A DNA stretch of 64,000 bases from an uncultured archaeon (GTDB lineage: Archaea; Asgardarchaeota; Thorarchaeia; Thorarchaeales; Thorarchaeaceae): contig CAZLEV010000003.1 in assembly GCA_964558645.1 (NCBI GenBank), positions 205,080 to 269,079 of the forward strand. The letters run 5' to 3'. Position 1 is the first letter of the stretch. Every line of letters starts with the position of its first letter. The notes under the pieces were generated by a model. The model saw only the letters and a list, made by a program, of their open reading frames with translations. It was not told where the DNA came from and made no database searches. Below, piece by piece: positions 1-11,141 of this stretch. The translations under genes were made by a program, and so were the position numbers.

Positions 1-101
1 GCACAGTTGACGCAGAGGCCCTCTTGGATCTCTTGTTTATCCTTTGATGTAAGTTTTTGTGATTCCAGCATATCTTCGTCGGTTGTTTCATCTTCGGTCA
101 T
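1..101 (-). CDS. 5' fragment of a hypothetical protein running off the window (MTEDETTDEDMLESQKLTSKDKQEIQEGLCVNC...), possible CxxC zinc ribbon
   Basis: ATG at 101 preceded by SD-like GAGAGGAG; frame open to the window edge; CxxC. Confidence 0.55.
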   Translation of the reverse strand, partial: MTEDETTDEDMLESQKLTSKDKQEIQEGLCVNC

Positions 102-463
102 GTTAGTATCTCCTCTCATATTCAGGCCTTTTCCCTAATTAAGCTAAGCGTGTTCACACGTCATCTGGGGAAGCGTCCACAACTGGTAGTCCATTTCGAT
201 TTCATCTTCAATTGTGTGGGAAGTGTGCAAGCCACATGGTTGCTCATTCACGATTGCTGTAAGACCGGGCAACCTGTTTGGGATATGCTTGCGCCCTCAT
301 GATAGAATGAAATCTGCGGCCCACCTCTTTCCCATGAGCTCGTAAATCCATGAACGATCTTGCTCCTTCTTTCGCACGCAGATTTTCGACACGGGAACAA
401 CCCTCCTTGCTCTCAGAACTTCCTTTCCAAATAGTTTATGTCATCGTAGTGTGATTACATATC

Positions 464-994
464 TTGATACTCCCTAAGGTGGTGCATCCTATTTACAACT
501 ATGCAGAAGTTCGCGTACGTCGTGCTGGAATGAATGAGGTGGATGTTGTCAGAGACATAATACAGGAGGCATACAAGCCCATCATGAAGCAGTTATGTCG
601 TCCCCCTGCAGCACTTCAGGAAGGCATGGATAAGATCGCTCGGCACATTCAGATGGGGAATATCTATGTGGCATTGATTGGTGACACTATCGCTGGAACC
701 ATGCGTGCCGAACTACGGGGGAGGCTAGGTGTGATCAGCAGAGTTGCTGTGCGGGAGAGATTCAGGGGCAGACGGATAGGCACGGCCTTGATGGACTATG
801 CTGAGAGTCTCTTGAGTTCCAACAACGCCAAATCTATCGAGCTAGAGGTATATGGGGCAATTGATCCACAGATTGATTTCTACAAGAAACTAGGATACGA
901 AGAGAAGAGCCGCCATGAACGGGCCGGTGAAGAAATCGTCGTCATGGAGAAAGACCTTGAGGACGAAGAAGCGATTGTTGAGGATGACTACTAG
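464..994 (+). CDS. GNAT family N-acetyltransferase
   Basis: Motif A VAVRERFRGRRIG; FYKKLGY. Confidence 0.9.
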   Translation: MILPKVVHPIYNYAEVRVRRAGMNEVDVVRDIIQEAYKPIMKQLCRPPAALQEGMDKIARHIQMGNIYVALIGDTIAGTMRAELRGRLGVISRVAVRERFRGRRIGTALMDYAESLLSSNNAKSIELEVYGAIDPQIDFYKKLGYEEKSRHERAGEEIVVMEKDLEDEEAIVEDDY

Positions 995-1021
995 AGGTCG
1001 CTGTAGGCATCGTTCCCTGGT

Positions 1022-2104
1022 TCAAGGAATAATCTCACAACCGTTATTGTACTCAGGATATCGGAAGTCTGTGAGGTCAATAACTCCCTGTTCGATGAGT
1101 TCACGTATTTCTTCTTCTGAATCTCTGAGAGCATCCACAAGATGTTCGACAGTACCGCACACCTTTCTGAAGCCTTCATCGCCCCATAGTCGCTGTCTGT
1201 TTGCAAAGAGACATCGTCCTCCACAGATATCGTAGATATCACAGGATGGGCAAGGCTCCTCCACCTGCATGATGTTCTGAAGTTCATCGGGCCGGGTTCT
1301 TGATATGTGCCCTACGATTGAGAAGTCCCAGTCTGGAGATATGGGACACACACCGATACTCCCGTCTAGATGAATGGCAAAGGTGTCTATCCCAGACCCG
1401 CATCTCAGTCTGGTCTTCGTGCCAGTCAATATGGTATACATGGTAGGCAAGAACGGCACAATCCCCGGTACCGTTCCCGTATGCATTTCCTCTACCCAGT
1501 ATTTGACCAGCCTTTCCATTCCTGGCTTGTAAGAGTTCTTCAACCAGCCATCGAAGTCTGTCCAATTGCCATCAGCATCCCAGACGACATTGAGTTGCCA
1601 GTGTACATTATCGAACTGAGGGTCTTTGAGTTCGAGGAGATGAGTCACATCTCTGAAGATGTCACTTCGTTCTGACACCGTCATCCGAGCCACCACATCT
1701 CCCTCGTACGCGATACTTCGCAGCCAGCGAACATTCTTGACGACTCTGTCGTATACCCCATCTGAACGATAGAAGTCTGTGGTTTCCTTTGTACCATCGA
1801 TTGAAACAAGGATTGAATGCATGTGGTGGATGTATTCCTCAGGAATCTTATGAAGCAGAAGCGCATTGGTCTGTAGCATGAATCTCGCTTCTTTGAAGCG
1901 GTCCATGATCTCCATCATAAGAGGAATCCGAAGGGTTGGTTCCCCTCCGTAAAACATGAGTTGTAGCTTCTCATCTTGGTTTAGGAATTCCGCTAGCTGG
2001 TCCAACGAGTACCTAGTCTCGGTCTCAGTCTCGTTGCCCTGTCCTTCGAGGCAGTACACGCAATTGAGATTGCACCTCTTTGTGAGCACGAGATGATAGT
2101 TCAA
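1022..2104 (-). CDS. Radical SAM/SPASM domain protein (archaeal AF0577-like putative peptide-modifying family)
   Basis: CxxxCxxC (CNLNCVYC), YGGEP, SIDG, C-terminal SPASM cysteines (CPSCDIYDICGGRC); TTG start. Confidence 0.85.
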   Translation of the reverse strand: MNYHLVLTKRCNLNCVYCLEGQGNETETETRYSLDQLAEFLNQDEKLQLMFYGGEPTLRIPLMMEIMDRFKEARFMLQTNALLLHKIPEEYIHHMHSILVSIDGTKETTDFYRSDGVYDRVVKNVRWLRSIAYEGDVVARMTVSERSDIFRDVTHLLELKDPQFDNVHWQLNVVWDADGNWTDFDGWLKNSYKPGMERLVKYWVEEMHTGTVPGIVPFLPTMYTILTGTKTRLRCGSGIDTFAIHLDGSIGVCPISPDWDFSIVGHISRTRPDELQNIMQVEEPCPSCDIYDICGGRCLFANRQRLWGDEGFRKVCGTVEHLVDALRDSEEEIRELIEQGVIDLTDFRYPEYNNGCEIIP

Positions 2105-2188
2105 TTCACAGTCAGCCCTGAAATCAAAGCCCAGAGATATCCTCGATAAGTCTTGCCTTTGAAACAGGTTTCCGCAATGCTCCTTATC

Positions 2189-2635
2189 CTAGTGATATCT
2201 CAACCGCCACAGTCGATAAGTTTCGAGCCAGCTGAAGATGATTCCAGCGAAGATGACGGTGGACGCAATCATGCGGTCAAAGAGTCCAACTGGGATGGAG
2301 AACAACGAAAGGAAGTACGCGGCACCCACAGTTGTGAAGAATACTCCAATAAAGAAGTACCGGGGAAGCAGCGTTCCTCTGAATCGAATGAAATCCCTGA
2401 GGATTCCTACCTTGACGAACTCAACTAGCTCATAGAGGCTCTCCACGTTCTTCTCAGCGAGCCCCATGTCTATGATTTTGTTTAGATGGTGACTTGCTAC
2501 AGACGGGCTGGACATGCCAAGGTCTCGTTGCACTTCTCTGACGCCTACAGGTTTGGAATTCTGGAGCATGTACCAGTACACGCGTAGTGTGTTACCTCTC
2601 AGGTCGACCTCGACTGAATCTTCTTTCTCTTGCAC
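2189..2635 (-). CDS. Membrane-anchored winged-helix transcriptional regulator
   Basis: N-terminal wHTH (VGVREVQRDLGMSSPSVASHHL) followed by two hydrophobic TM segments. Confidence 0.75.
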   Translation of the reverse strand: MQEKEDSVEVDLRGNTLRVYWYMLQNSKPVGVREVQRDLGMSSPSVASHHLNKIIDMGLAEKNVESLYELVEFVKVGILRDFIRFRGTLLPRYFFIGVFFTTVGAAYFLSLFSIPVGLFDRMIASTVIFAGIIFSWLETYRLWRLRYH

Positions 2636-2723
2636 TCTGTCTTCCCTACTTAGCTTGCAGAAATCCCGTAATTAGTCTAATTGTGTGCAGCTGCAGAGCT
2701 TAAATGGGTTATACGGAAGCAGC

Positions 2724-2750
2724 GTTCTAAACACTGAACAGCCTGTTCTA
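2724..2750. promoter_or_regulatory. Candidate operator: palindrome GAACAG-C-CTGTTC plus GTTCTA direct repeat in a divergent promoter
   Basis: Palindrome 2736-2748; GTTCTA at 2724 and 2745; lies between the wHTH-TM and DUF3160 genes. Confidence 0.35.
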
Positions 2751-2779
2751 TTGTATGGTATTAAGTAGATGCTTATGCA

Positions 2780-5098
2780 ATGTCTGAGATGTATGAGGAC
2801 GCCACTGTGACAATCATCTCAGCTCTTGATCCAGACACTCGGCAAAGAGCCATGGGAGCGGCAGTAGTTTCCATGATCCTTGCAGTGACACTTGTAATGG
2901 GTGCGGCTTGGATGAGCCTAAGCGGCACTACGGGCCCAATGGCCCCAGTCAGCTCAGCCCCCCCGCCGGTCTTTTCACTAGGCGAACGCGTGTCGAGCCG
3001 GTTCAGTGATTATGTCTCCTTCGAGGAAGAGTTCATGGTCAACGGCCCTCAATACGATATTCCCCCTGGATTAGCTGGAGTTGCTTTCGCTGACCAATAT
3101 GGCCTTTCAGCTGAAGCCAAGGCCAGAATCGTTCGAGATGGCTTCATGGCACATTCACAAGATGAGTACGATCAGATCTACGAGGTCTTGCAGGACAATG
3201 ATGGTGACCAGAGGCCGAGTTTCTTGACCTCGGACGCAGTTCTCCATGCTTTTCATGTGCTCTATGATATGGCGCTCAGGGAGATGGAAGTGCTTACGTT
3301 CTGGGATTTGTTGGGGAACCTCTCGAAGTCTATGCTCGCACATTCATATAGCCAATATGAGAACACTCCTGAAGGGCGATGGAGGGATGCAGCCCTTCGC
3401 AATGTTATGTTCTTCTCCGTAGCCGCTCGCTTGATGGATAACAGTTCAGAGATCCCTCCTGAAGCTGAGTATGAAGTTGAGAAGGTTCTCAGTCTCATTG
3501 AAGACCATTCAGAGATATCTGGCGATTGGTATCAGTACTACCGGGAGGATTTCACTCAATATGTTCCCAGAGGCCACTATACTCGCTGTGAAAAACTGGA
3601 AAAATACTTCTTGATGATGATGTGGTTTGGACGCATTGCTTTTCGACTCGAACCAAATGACATTGGCCTCTCAGCTGAGGAGAGCATTGAGCGCGGCAGG
3701 AATGAAACTGCCCAGGCTATCCTCATTTCTCTTGCCCTGCAATCCCCGGTTGAAGGCCTGCCCGAACCGATATCTGGAACTTCTGTATGGGATGCAATCT
3801 ATGAACCTACTGTTTTCTTCGTTGGTTCTTCGGATGATTTGACACCTCCAGAATACTACAACCATACGTTGGAGATATGGGGCGACGAGCCATCCTTGAT
3901 TCAGCTAGATAACGAGACCAAGCTGGATGAGTTTATTGATGGCGCCCTTAGCCTTCGCAGACCGAGGATATTATCGTCGGTCGTCAATGAAACGGATGAT
4001 ATGGCTACCATCATGGGAATGCGCTTCATGGGACAGAGATTCATCCCTGACAGCTATATCCTTGGCCAGCTAGTCTATGCCCACGTAGGTACGCAGTTGA
4101 ATCCTCGCCTCATGCCGAAGGGATTGGATGTGATGTCTGCATTCGGGTCGGAGAGAGCTTGGGAGCTGCTAGAGGATGAAACCCACTACTTGAACTTTGA
4201 GCAGCAGATGGCGAAACTGAAATCAGAGATTGATGATATGTCGGAAGACGAATGGACAAGCAACCTCTACTACCTCTGGCTCTACTCGCTACTGCCCCTC
4301 CTTGTGGAGCCCACTGATGGATATCCGACATTCATGAAGAGCACTCCATGGATAGATAAACAGCTGATGACTGCTCTAGGGTCTTGGACCGAATTGCGCC
4401 ATGACACAATCCTCTATGCCAAACAGTCCTATACGATAGAAGTCATCGGCATGCCACAATATGGGATAAAGGGTGGCTATGTTGAACCAGTTCCCCGTGT
4501 GTACGCACGCCTCGCATCTCTCTCAGATATGATGCTTCGAGGTCTCAAATCACGCCTCCCGGTGAGTGAGTGGCTAGAAGGTAGGCTTGAATCTCTTCGA
4601 GATTTCCTTCTTGACTTGCAGGCTATCTCAATAAAAGAGCTGTCTGGCCAGAGTCTCAATCAGACAGAGATTGATCGCATTCAACACTGCGGTCGCTTCC
4701 TCGAGTGGGTCTCGAAAATACCGTCCGAAGAAGAATGGGTTTCAGAAGCCGACGAGAGCATGGCCTTGGTTGCTGACGTTCATACAGATCCTAACACCAA
4801 GGAGGTTCTTGAGGAGGCTGTCGGATATCCCCTGCTCATCTATGTTGTTGTTCCTATCGACGGCCGTCTGGTTCTCCTGAGAGGTGCCACTTTCTCATAC
4901 TACGAGTTCAGGCAGCCTATGAGCGATAGGCTTACCGATGAGGCATGGCAAGGGATGCTGGCTGAGGGCAACGCTCCAGATATGCCCTCCTGGACGTCTT
5001 CTTTTGTCTTAGATAGTGAACATGCTGCGGCATTGTTTTCCCTCTCTGACGTCATAGAGCTTGGCATGGTTGGTGGTGACGAACGACGATTCGAATAG
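2780..5098 (+). CDS. DUF3160 domain-containing membrane-anchored/exported protein
   Basis: EDFTQYVPRGHYT, FMGQRFIPDSY, SWTELRHDTILYAKQSY, ADVHTDP, RLTDEAWQ motifs; N-terminal TM. Confidence 0.85.
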   Translation: MSEMYEDATVTIISALDPDTRQRAMGAAVVSMILAVTLVMGAAWMSLSGTTGPMAPVSSAPPPVFSLGERVSSRFSDYVSFEEEFMVNGPQYDIPPGLAGVAFADQYGLSAEAKARIVRDGFMAHSQDEYDQIYEVLQDNDGDQRPSFLTSDAVLHAFHVLYDMALREMEVLTFWDLLGNLSKSMLAHSYSQYENTPEGRWRDAALRNVMFFSVAARLMDNSSEIPPEAEYEVEKVLSLIEDHSEISGDWYQYYREDFTQYVPRGHYTRCEKLEKYFLMMMWFGRIAFRLEPNDIGLSAEESIERGRNETAQAILISLALQSPVEGLPEPISGTSVWDAIYEPTVFFVGSSDDLTPPEYYNHTLEIWGDEPSLIQLDNETKLDEFIDGALSLRRPRILSSVVNETDDMATIMGMRFMGQRFIPDSYILGQLVYAHVGTQLNPRLMPKGLDVMSAFGSERAWELLEDETHYLNFEQQMAKLKSEIDDMSEDEWTSNLYYLWLYSLLPLLVEPTDGYPTFMKSTPWIDKQLMTALGSWTELRHDTILYAKQSYTIEVIGMPQYGIKGGYVEPVPRVYARLASLSDMMLRGLKSRLPVSEWLEGRLESLRDFLLDLQAISIKELSGQSLNQTEIDRIQHCGRFLEWVSKIPSEEEWVSEADESMALVADVHTDPNTKEVLEEAVGYPLLIYVVVPIDGRLVLLRGATFSYYEFRQPMSDRLTDEAWQGMLAEGNAPDMPSWTSSFVLDSEHAAALFSLSDVIELGMVGGDERRFE

Positions 5099-5167
5099 AA
5101 CAGATGATTTGGGTCCCATCAACATGCTTATGTCTGCACTGTAAGCACTGAGCACGGCGAACATCTG

Positions 5168-6652
5168 ATGAAACGGCTTCAAGTTCTGTTCTTGGTTCTG
5201 ATGCTTGCAGTGATGCTTCCTTCCAGCTATTCCTCGGATGTGAGGACTGATATACCGGCAAGGCAAGTCATCGCCCAAGAAGACGTATTGATATCAGGTG
5301 TTCCATATGTGTGGCAGGAGATCAACGGGTTTTGTGCGTGGGCCGCAACATCATCGGTCATGCAATATCATGGGGCAGATATCACGTTGCATGATCTCTT
5401 TGCCCTTTCCGGAATAGGGTTCTCCTTTGCATATATCCGGTACAATGACACACTCCTGATGTTTCCCGGGGCATTATACCAGCAGATTGATCCAGCAAAT
5501 GTGGCCTGTGAGCTTGTTGGCCTGAACTACTCGGTATACTTCAATTCAGGAATCGAGGGGATAGACCAACAGGTTAGTCTCCTCAGGAGCTGGGGAATCG
5601 ATGCTGGCTTGCTTGATGGAGAAAGCGAGGCATTCAGCTTCATGAAGAGCTCGATTGATGAGGGGAATCCATTGATTGTGAGTGTGGACCCCCTATGGCT
5701 GCCAGCCGAGGACTACAACTTCCTTAGAGAGAATGACCTGTCCGGTGGAGGACATGCTATCATAATTGCAGGTTACAATGATACCTCTGGAAGGGCAACG
5801 ATACTGGATCCCGGGGTTGGTTCCTTCGGCGATAACTTTGGTTACCCTGTTGATGGTAGAGGTAACTATACCGAAATCAGCTATGCAAATCTCAATCTTG
5901 CGTGGTCTTCAAGGGAATACATCTCGATTCTGATCAAACCGGGTGGCAGCACTCCTGAAAGACTATCTGAACAGCTGGGCCCATACATTCGCGACTGTCT
6001 TCTGGGAGTGGGAGACGTTTACGCCCCGGGAAGCCCGAGTGCCTACCTTTGGAATTTCGGTGAAAAAGGTTTCCGGGCTCTTGCTCGCGATATCACACCA
6101 GACGGTCTCAGTGCTTATCTCAGCGTCTTTGATGGCATGACCAACGAGATATCATTCAAGGCCTCACTTCTGAAATTCATCAGCTTGGGTCTTGGCTCCG
6201 AGGTTACACTTCAGTATCTTGCCTATAGAGCAGCCCTTCAGAATGTTGCCCGCTTCTTCCCGGATACAGACATCTCCGCATTCTTGAATAAGGCCGATGA
6301 TGCCCTTCCGCACTTCGAGGCACTATCTGAGAACAAAACTCTTGTTCAGATTGGGAATCTATCTATTCATGACAGTCTGATATCCTCAACCTTCGGGGGT
6401 CTTGCTGACTTGTTCAACTCATCTGGGGACCTCGAAGGAGTCCTTGAGACCTACCGGACCGAGCTGGAACAAATATCCTATCATCTCCTTGGCATTGCGG
6501 ATGCGTGGCTTGATGCTGGGAATGCTCTGGCTGAGGTCTGGCCGAGTAACCCGCTCATTGTATATGGGCCCTTCTTGGTCTTCGCCGTTTTGGGGGTCGC
6601 AGCTGTTGTAATCACTGTGGTGTACTTCATTCGTAGGTCAGACTCACAGTGA
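5168..6652 (+). CDS. Exported C39-like (papain-fold) cysteine peptidase with C-terminal TM anchor
   Basis: Signal peptide; Q..FC, GHAIIIAGY and ILDP catalytic motifs; C-terminal TM followed by RR. Confidence 0.7.
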   Translation: MKRLQVLFLVLMLAVMLPSSYSSDVRTDIPARQVIAQEDVLISGVPYVWQEINGFCAWAATSSVMQYHGADITLHDLFALSGIGFSFAYIRYNDTLLMFPGALYQQIDPANVACELVGLNYSVYFNSGIEGIDQQVSLLRSWGIDAGLLDGESEAFSFMKSSIDEGNPLIVSVDPLWLPAEDYNFLRENDLSGGGHAIIIAGYNDTSGRATILDPGVGSFGDNFGYPVDGRGNYTEISYANLNLAWSSREYISILIKPGGSTPERLSEQLGPYIRDCLLGVGDVYAPGSPSAYLWNFGEKGFRALARDITPDGLSAYLSVFDGMTNEISFKASLLKFISLGLGSEVTLQYLAYRAALQNVARFFPDTDISAFLNKADDALPHFEALSENKTLVQIGNLSIHDSLISSTFGGLADLFNSSGDLEGVLETYRTELEQISYHLLGIADAWLDAGNALAEVWPSNPLIVYGPFLVFAVLGVAAVVITVVYFIRRSDSQ

Positions 6653-6660
6653 TTATCGCT

Positions 6661-8805
6661 TCACTGCCTTCTCCTGAACGCCACGAATATGCCAACTGAT
6701 GCGAAGGCGATTGCTACAGCCACCGCAGACATAAGATAGTTGTCATTTTGGGTCTCGTTTGTTGTACGTTCATAGTGGCCTGACACAATCTCGGCGGTAT
6801 TTCCCCAGATGTCCGTGGCAGTAATCACCCATTCTGTGGATGTAGCTGTTAACCGGGAAGGTATTGTTCCCAAGTATCCAAGCACTGTTTCATTCATAGC
6901 TGCCGATGATGTGAAATTCAGGTGTCCGACTCTATGCGTCCATTCAAGAGTAACGTTTTGGATGCGCGATCGGTCGTTGATATAGACTCGTATAACCACT
7001 CTTTCAGCTGGTATTGGATCGGCAGGATATTGGTTAATCCTGTTGAGTTCTGGAGGTTCGTTGTCAATGAGTGGGTAGTACCCCTCATTGACAGCTAGTG
7101 TCAGTAAGGAACCCGGAGTGAACTCAGTGATTATGTATGGTCCGGATCCAACAGCATCCTCGATAGATGGATTCCAAATCGAAAGGTTCTGAGGTTCCCA
7201 AATATGTCTTGGAAGAATCGGCAACTGAGAATAAGACCTGTAGTAGAACGGATTGAGACTATCAACCGTTATTCCTGCCATGAACTCTCCAGTTGTCTTG
7301 AGTCCTGATGTCAGATTCGCATACTCAATCTTTGACTGATTCACTAACAGATTGTAGGTAAAACGATAATCCTCGCTATCCAGATTGAGGCCATCGGTCC
7401 AGTTAGCATTTGGGTCGCAGTAGAACCTAACGCGCGTCTGGTCTGGCCTGATATCAGATATGGTGCCGCGGTATAATACATCCCATGAAGTGGAGGCTCT
7501 AGGCACGTACTCTCTCTCGGGTGATAACGCAACAGCAGTGTCATATACCAGAAGATAGGGGTTGAATTGCTCTGAAACCGCCCAATCGTGGTCAAGAGTA
7601 TCAGTGGAGTCTAACGGGTTAGGCGTCTTGAAGAACTCAGTGAAGTACTTGGGTAGCACTGCGACTCGGAGGGTGTTGTCACTATCGGGTTTCGCTGTGA
7701 CTGTTGCTGCCGTCCAGACCCCAAAGGCACCACCATTCCAGTCATCAGGCCAGTTGTCGAAATTCGCGGTGCTATACGCCGAGAGCCATCGATAGTTGAA
7801 GAGGGGGATGACTGGGCATCTATCTCTGATTACTCTCATGCCGTCCATCACTGCAGTCTGCCTGGTCTTGAGTGAGAACGAGTCTTCATACTGGAAGACA
7901 GCATTGTTTACCTCGCTGTCAGCTATCTGTGCCATGTTCTCTCCTAATTCATTTCTCCTTGATGAATGGAAAGTTGTGAGGCCCCATTGTGGGTTGCTCA
8001 TGGTGAAATCTACTGTGGTGATTGCCATATCGTAGGTGAGATTATGGGCTCCCAGTCCGCTCTGAATGATTGTATTCAACTCAGGTTCGATCGTGCAGTT
8101 GATTCCGACGGAATGAAGGTTGGAATGGATTATTCCTGCAGCAGAAGCCATTCCCTGAACATCAGCAGGGTATGTCAGCCTCAGAGAGAAATCGCTGCCA
8201 TTCGGGGCTTCCACATATCCATCATCATCAACATCTAGCATGTCTCCTTGGCCCAACACCCATCGGGCTGCATTCACATCAGAATTGTAAAAATGCCCGC
8301 CCTCCTCTCTTTCTACTGAGAGAGGGTCTCCAAGAAAAATGGGTAAGTCTACAGGATCAACTTGGTTGTTGAAAGAGAAATCTGCAATCGCTGTCTTGTT
8401 GATAGCATATGCAATTGCCTGCCTCAAATGATAGGAGCTCAAGGGATATGTCTTGGCATTCAGTGAAAGCCAGCACTGTTGTCTGTCATGGGCCCACTGC
8501 TTAACGACATTCGTCAAACCGTCCAGAATTGAGTAGTCCGCGGCTTCGATTCTATGTCCGAACAAGTCCGCCTCTCCTTCGTTGATTGCCTGTAGGGCAT
8601 CAAGCATTGTGGAGTATTCGATGACTTGGATTTGTTCCAGTGTGCCTATACTATAGATAGGATACTCGGTGTTCTCACTCGTGACAAATCGTGTTTCAAT
8701 GTCTTGGAGCGATTCGGTATTGGTTTCGTTTATGACCGGCGAGAGAAGTGTGACAATCATAGTGACCAATGCAAGAACCAAGGTCGTCGTGCGTCGTCGG
8801 TTCAT
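6661..8805 (-). CDS. ABC transporter family-5 (DppA/OppA-like) substrate-binding protein, circularly permuted, with Ig-like domain and C-terminal TM anchor
   Basis: LRQAIAYAINK, WTDG..DSEDYRFTY, LPILPRHIW, VGSGPY motifs; signal peptide; TM + RRRQ tail. Confidence 0.8.
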   Translation of the reverse strand: MNRRRTTTLVLALVTMIVTLLSPVINETNTESLQDIETRFVTSENTEYPIYSIGTLEQIQVIEYSTMLDALQAINEGEADLFGHRIEAADYSILDGLTNVVKQWAHDRQQCWLSLNAKTYPLSSYHLRQAIAYAINKTAIADFSFNNQVDPVDLPIFLGDPLSVEREEGGHFYNSDVNAARWVLGQGDMLDVDDDGYVEAPNGSDFSLRLTYPADVQGMASAAGIIHSNLHSVGINCTIEPELNTIIQSGLGAHNLTYDMAITTVDFTMSNPQWGLTTFHSSRRNELGENMAQIADSEVNNAVFQYEDSFSLKTRQTAVMDGMRVIRDRCPVIPLFNYRWLSAYSTANFDNWPDDWNGGAFGVWTAATVTAKPDSDNTLRVAVLPKYFTEFFKTPNPLDSTDTLDHDWAVSEQFNPYLLVYDTAVALSPEREYVPRASTSWDVLYRGTISDIRPDQTRVRFYCDPNANWTDGLNLDSEDYRFTYNLLVNQSKIEYANLTSGLKTTGEFMAGITVDSLNPFYYRSYSQLPILPRHIWEPQNLSIWNPSIEDAVGSGPYIITEFTPGSLLTLAVNEGYYPLIDNEPPELNRINQYPADPIPAERVVIRVYINDRSRIQNVTLEWTHRVGHLNFTSSAAMNETVLGYLGTIPSRLTATSTEWVITATDIWGNTAEIVSGHYERTTNETQNDNYLMSAVAVAIAFASVGIFVAFRRRQ

Positions 8806-8912
8806 TCAAAGGGTCTCTCCGTAGCAAAGTCCAAGCCCAAGACGGCTTGCCCTCTGTTGCATTGCCGTGGCAAAATAAGAGTATGGATAGACGCTTGTGT
8901 TTTCTTGATTCT

Positions 8913-11012
8913 TCAGGTGATTCGAAGCAGCTCTCTCATTTTCTCGATGCCATGGGTTGGCAGTTTGCAATTATGGTCGATGCAGACGTGGACTGTCGGC
9001 TTTCCATCGACTTCGTTGTAGAATCGAGCATAGGGGGCCATCCTATCTATCTCCTTGATTTGTTTCTGGTTCCCTTTCAGAATGACAACAGATTGGGGCA
9101 GATAGGCATTGCGAATGACTTGTATCATGTCCAAGGTCCGGTCGTCGTCTGGTTCTCCTGCGATGACGACCTCTAATGACTGCCCGGTCATATATTGCAG
9201 AGCGGCCATCATCATTGAGTGACCTGCAGGTGCAGCTTCAAGGTTGGAGGCAAATGCCTCAAAGACTCCTTCTGCGTAGCTTTCGAATTCCGTGCTACCA
9301 GTAAGTCGCGATAATCTGATTAGGTTGAAAGCCGCGATGGAATTGCCTGAAGGGATGGCCCCGTCGTATGCATTCTTCTCTCGTGTGATGAGCTCTTCGG
9401 AGTTCTTTCCAGTGAAGTAGAATCCACCGGCTTTCTGGTCCCAGAACTCTTCAATGGTGATCTCTTGTAGACGGATGGCTTCCTTCAGGTAGTCTGGGTC
9501 AAATGTCGTCTGATAGAGCTCAATAAGGGCCCAAGTAAAGAAGACATAGTCGTCGAGAAAGCCAGCAATGCCAGCTTCTCCGTGTCGATAACGATGCAGT
9601 AATATTCCCTCCCGTTGCAGATGCGAGAGGACGAATTCCGTGGCTTCAGTGGCGAGAGAGGTATACTGCTCGTCAATGAATCGTCCTGCCATGGCCAGAG
9701 CCGCTATCATGAGAGCATTCCAGTCTGTGAGGATCTTGTCGTCAAGGTGTGGCTTAATCCTCTCTTCTCGAGCCTTGAACAGCGTGGATAGTGCGCCGTG
9801 TAGAATCTGAGTGACCTCTTCAGGAGGTTTGGACAAAATCTCTGCAATCCCATCAATCCCACGTGAAAGATGTGGAATATTCCTGCCTGTATTCTTACCA
9901 GTGGATTCATCCTTGAAGTTACCATCTGGCCTGATGCTGTATGCCTCAACGAAGACTCTCATTTGCTCTGGCTCCAAGAGCGACTCAATCTCTTCATATT
10001 CCCAGACATAGAATCTGCCTTCCTCTCCTTCAGAGTCGGCATCCTGAGCAGAGAAAAAGCCTCCTCTTTCATCTCTGAGCTCTCTACTGACATAGTCTGT
10101 AATTTCGTTCACGACGTCAGCATACTCTCGTTTTCCAGTGGCCACGTATGTTTCCACATAAGCTATCATCATCATAGCTTGGTCATAGAGCATCTTCTCA
10201 AAATGAGGTACAAGCCATTCGTTATCGGTAGAATAGCGGTGAAATCCCTTTCCAACTTGGTCAAAGATGCCTCCTCTCCGCATCTCTTGGAGAGTCTTTT
10301 CGGCCATCTCCAGCGCATTAGGTTCTTCTGTGTTCTTCCAGTGTCTAAGAAGCAAGAGCATGTTGTGGGGCGATGGGAATTTGGGGGCTCTTCCGAATCC
10401 ACCTCTCTCATCATCGTATCGTCTACCGAGAGCTGATACAGCCTGAGTTACTAGCCGTTCACTGGGCAGAGAACCCCCGCTTGTTTGCAGGTCTCGTTGG
10501 AGAGCTGACTTGATTCTGGCAACGACCTCTTGGATATTGCTCTGATCCTTGTCCCATAGTTCCTTGATTTTCGGTATGAGTGATGATAGTCCAATCTGAC
10601 CATATCGGCTGTTCTTCGGGATGTATGTTCCTGCGAAGAAGGGCTCCTTGTCCGGCGTCATGATGATCGTAAGAGGCCAACCACCTCTCCCCGTCATCAT
10701 CTGGGCTACTTTCATGTATGCCTTGTCGATATCTGGCCTCTCTTCTCGGTCGACCTTGATATTGACGAAGGCTTCATTCATGAGGCTAGCAATATCATCA
10801 TCTTCGAATGACTCGTGAGCCATTACGTGACACCAATGGCAAGTTGAGTAACCTATTGACAAGAAGATTGGCTTGCTGTCTCTTCGCGCCTGCTCGAAGG
10901 CCTCCTCTGACCATGGATACCAATCTACTGGGTTATCTGCATGTTGAAGAAGATAAGGACTGTTCTCCTCAGCCAAGCGGTTTCCGGATTCAGATTCTCT
11001 CTCTGAGGACAT
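8913..11012 (-). CDS. Thioredoxin domain-containing protein, YyaL/SPATA20 (DUF255) family
   Basis: [40 protein letters not shown]. Confidence 0.95.
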   Translation of the reverse strand: MSSERESESGNRLAEENSPYLLQHADNPVDWYPWSEEAFEQARRDSKPIFLSIGYSTCHWCHVMAHESFEDDDIASLMNEAFVNIKVDREERPDIDKAYMKVAQMMTGRGGWPLTIIMTPDKEPFFAGTYIPKNSRYGQIGLSSLIPKIKELWDKDQSNIQEVVARIKSALQRDLQTSGGSLPSERLVTQAVSALGRRYDDERGGFGRAPKFPSPHNMLLLLRHWKNTEEPNALEMAEKTLQEMRRGGIFDQVGKGFHRYSTDNEWLVPHFEKMLYDQAMMMIAYVETYVATGKREYADVVNEITDYVSRELRDERGGFFSAQDADSEGEEGRFYVWEYEEIESLLEPEQMRVFVEAYSIRPDGNFKDESTGKNTGRNIPHLSRGIDGIAEILSKPPEEVTQILHGALSTLFKAREERIKPHLDDKILTDWNALMIAALAMAGRFIDEQYTSLATEATEFVLSHLQREGILLHRYRHGEAGIAGFLDDYVFFTWALIELYQTTFDPDYLKEAIRLQEITIEEFWDQKAGGFYFTGKNSEELITREKNAYDGAIPSGNSIAAFNLIRLSRLTGSTEFESYAEGVFEAFASNLEAAPAGHSMMMAALQYMTGQSLEVVIAGEPDDDRTLDMIQVIRNAYLPQSVVILKGNQKQIKEIDRMAPYARFYNEVDGKPTVHVCIDHNCKLPTHGIEKMRELLRIT

Positions 11013-11141
11013 GTTTACTCATGCCTATCCAATAACAATAGTTAATCAATCTTTCGCTGCCTAAGTGTGCAACAGTTTGGAACATTCGATGACAGTCTTG
11101 TGAGAAACAGAGATCAAGCAGATAACTAGCTGGGTCAACTG

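Noticed and set aside
130-460. Short ORFs in the first intergenic region
   Set aside because: All frames checked are short with no recognisable motif.
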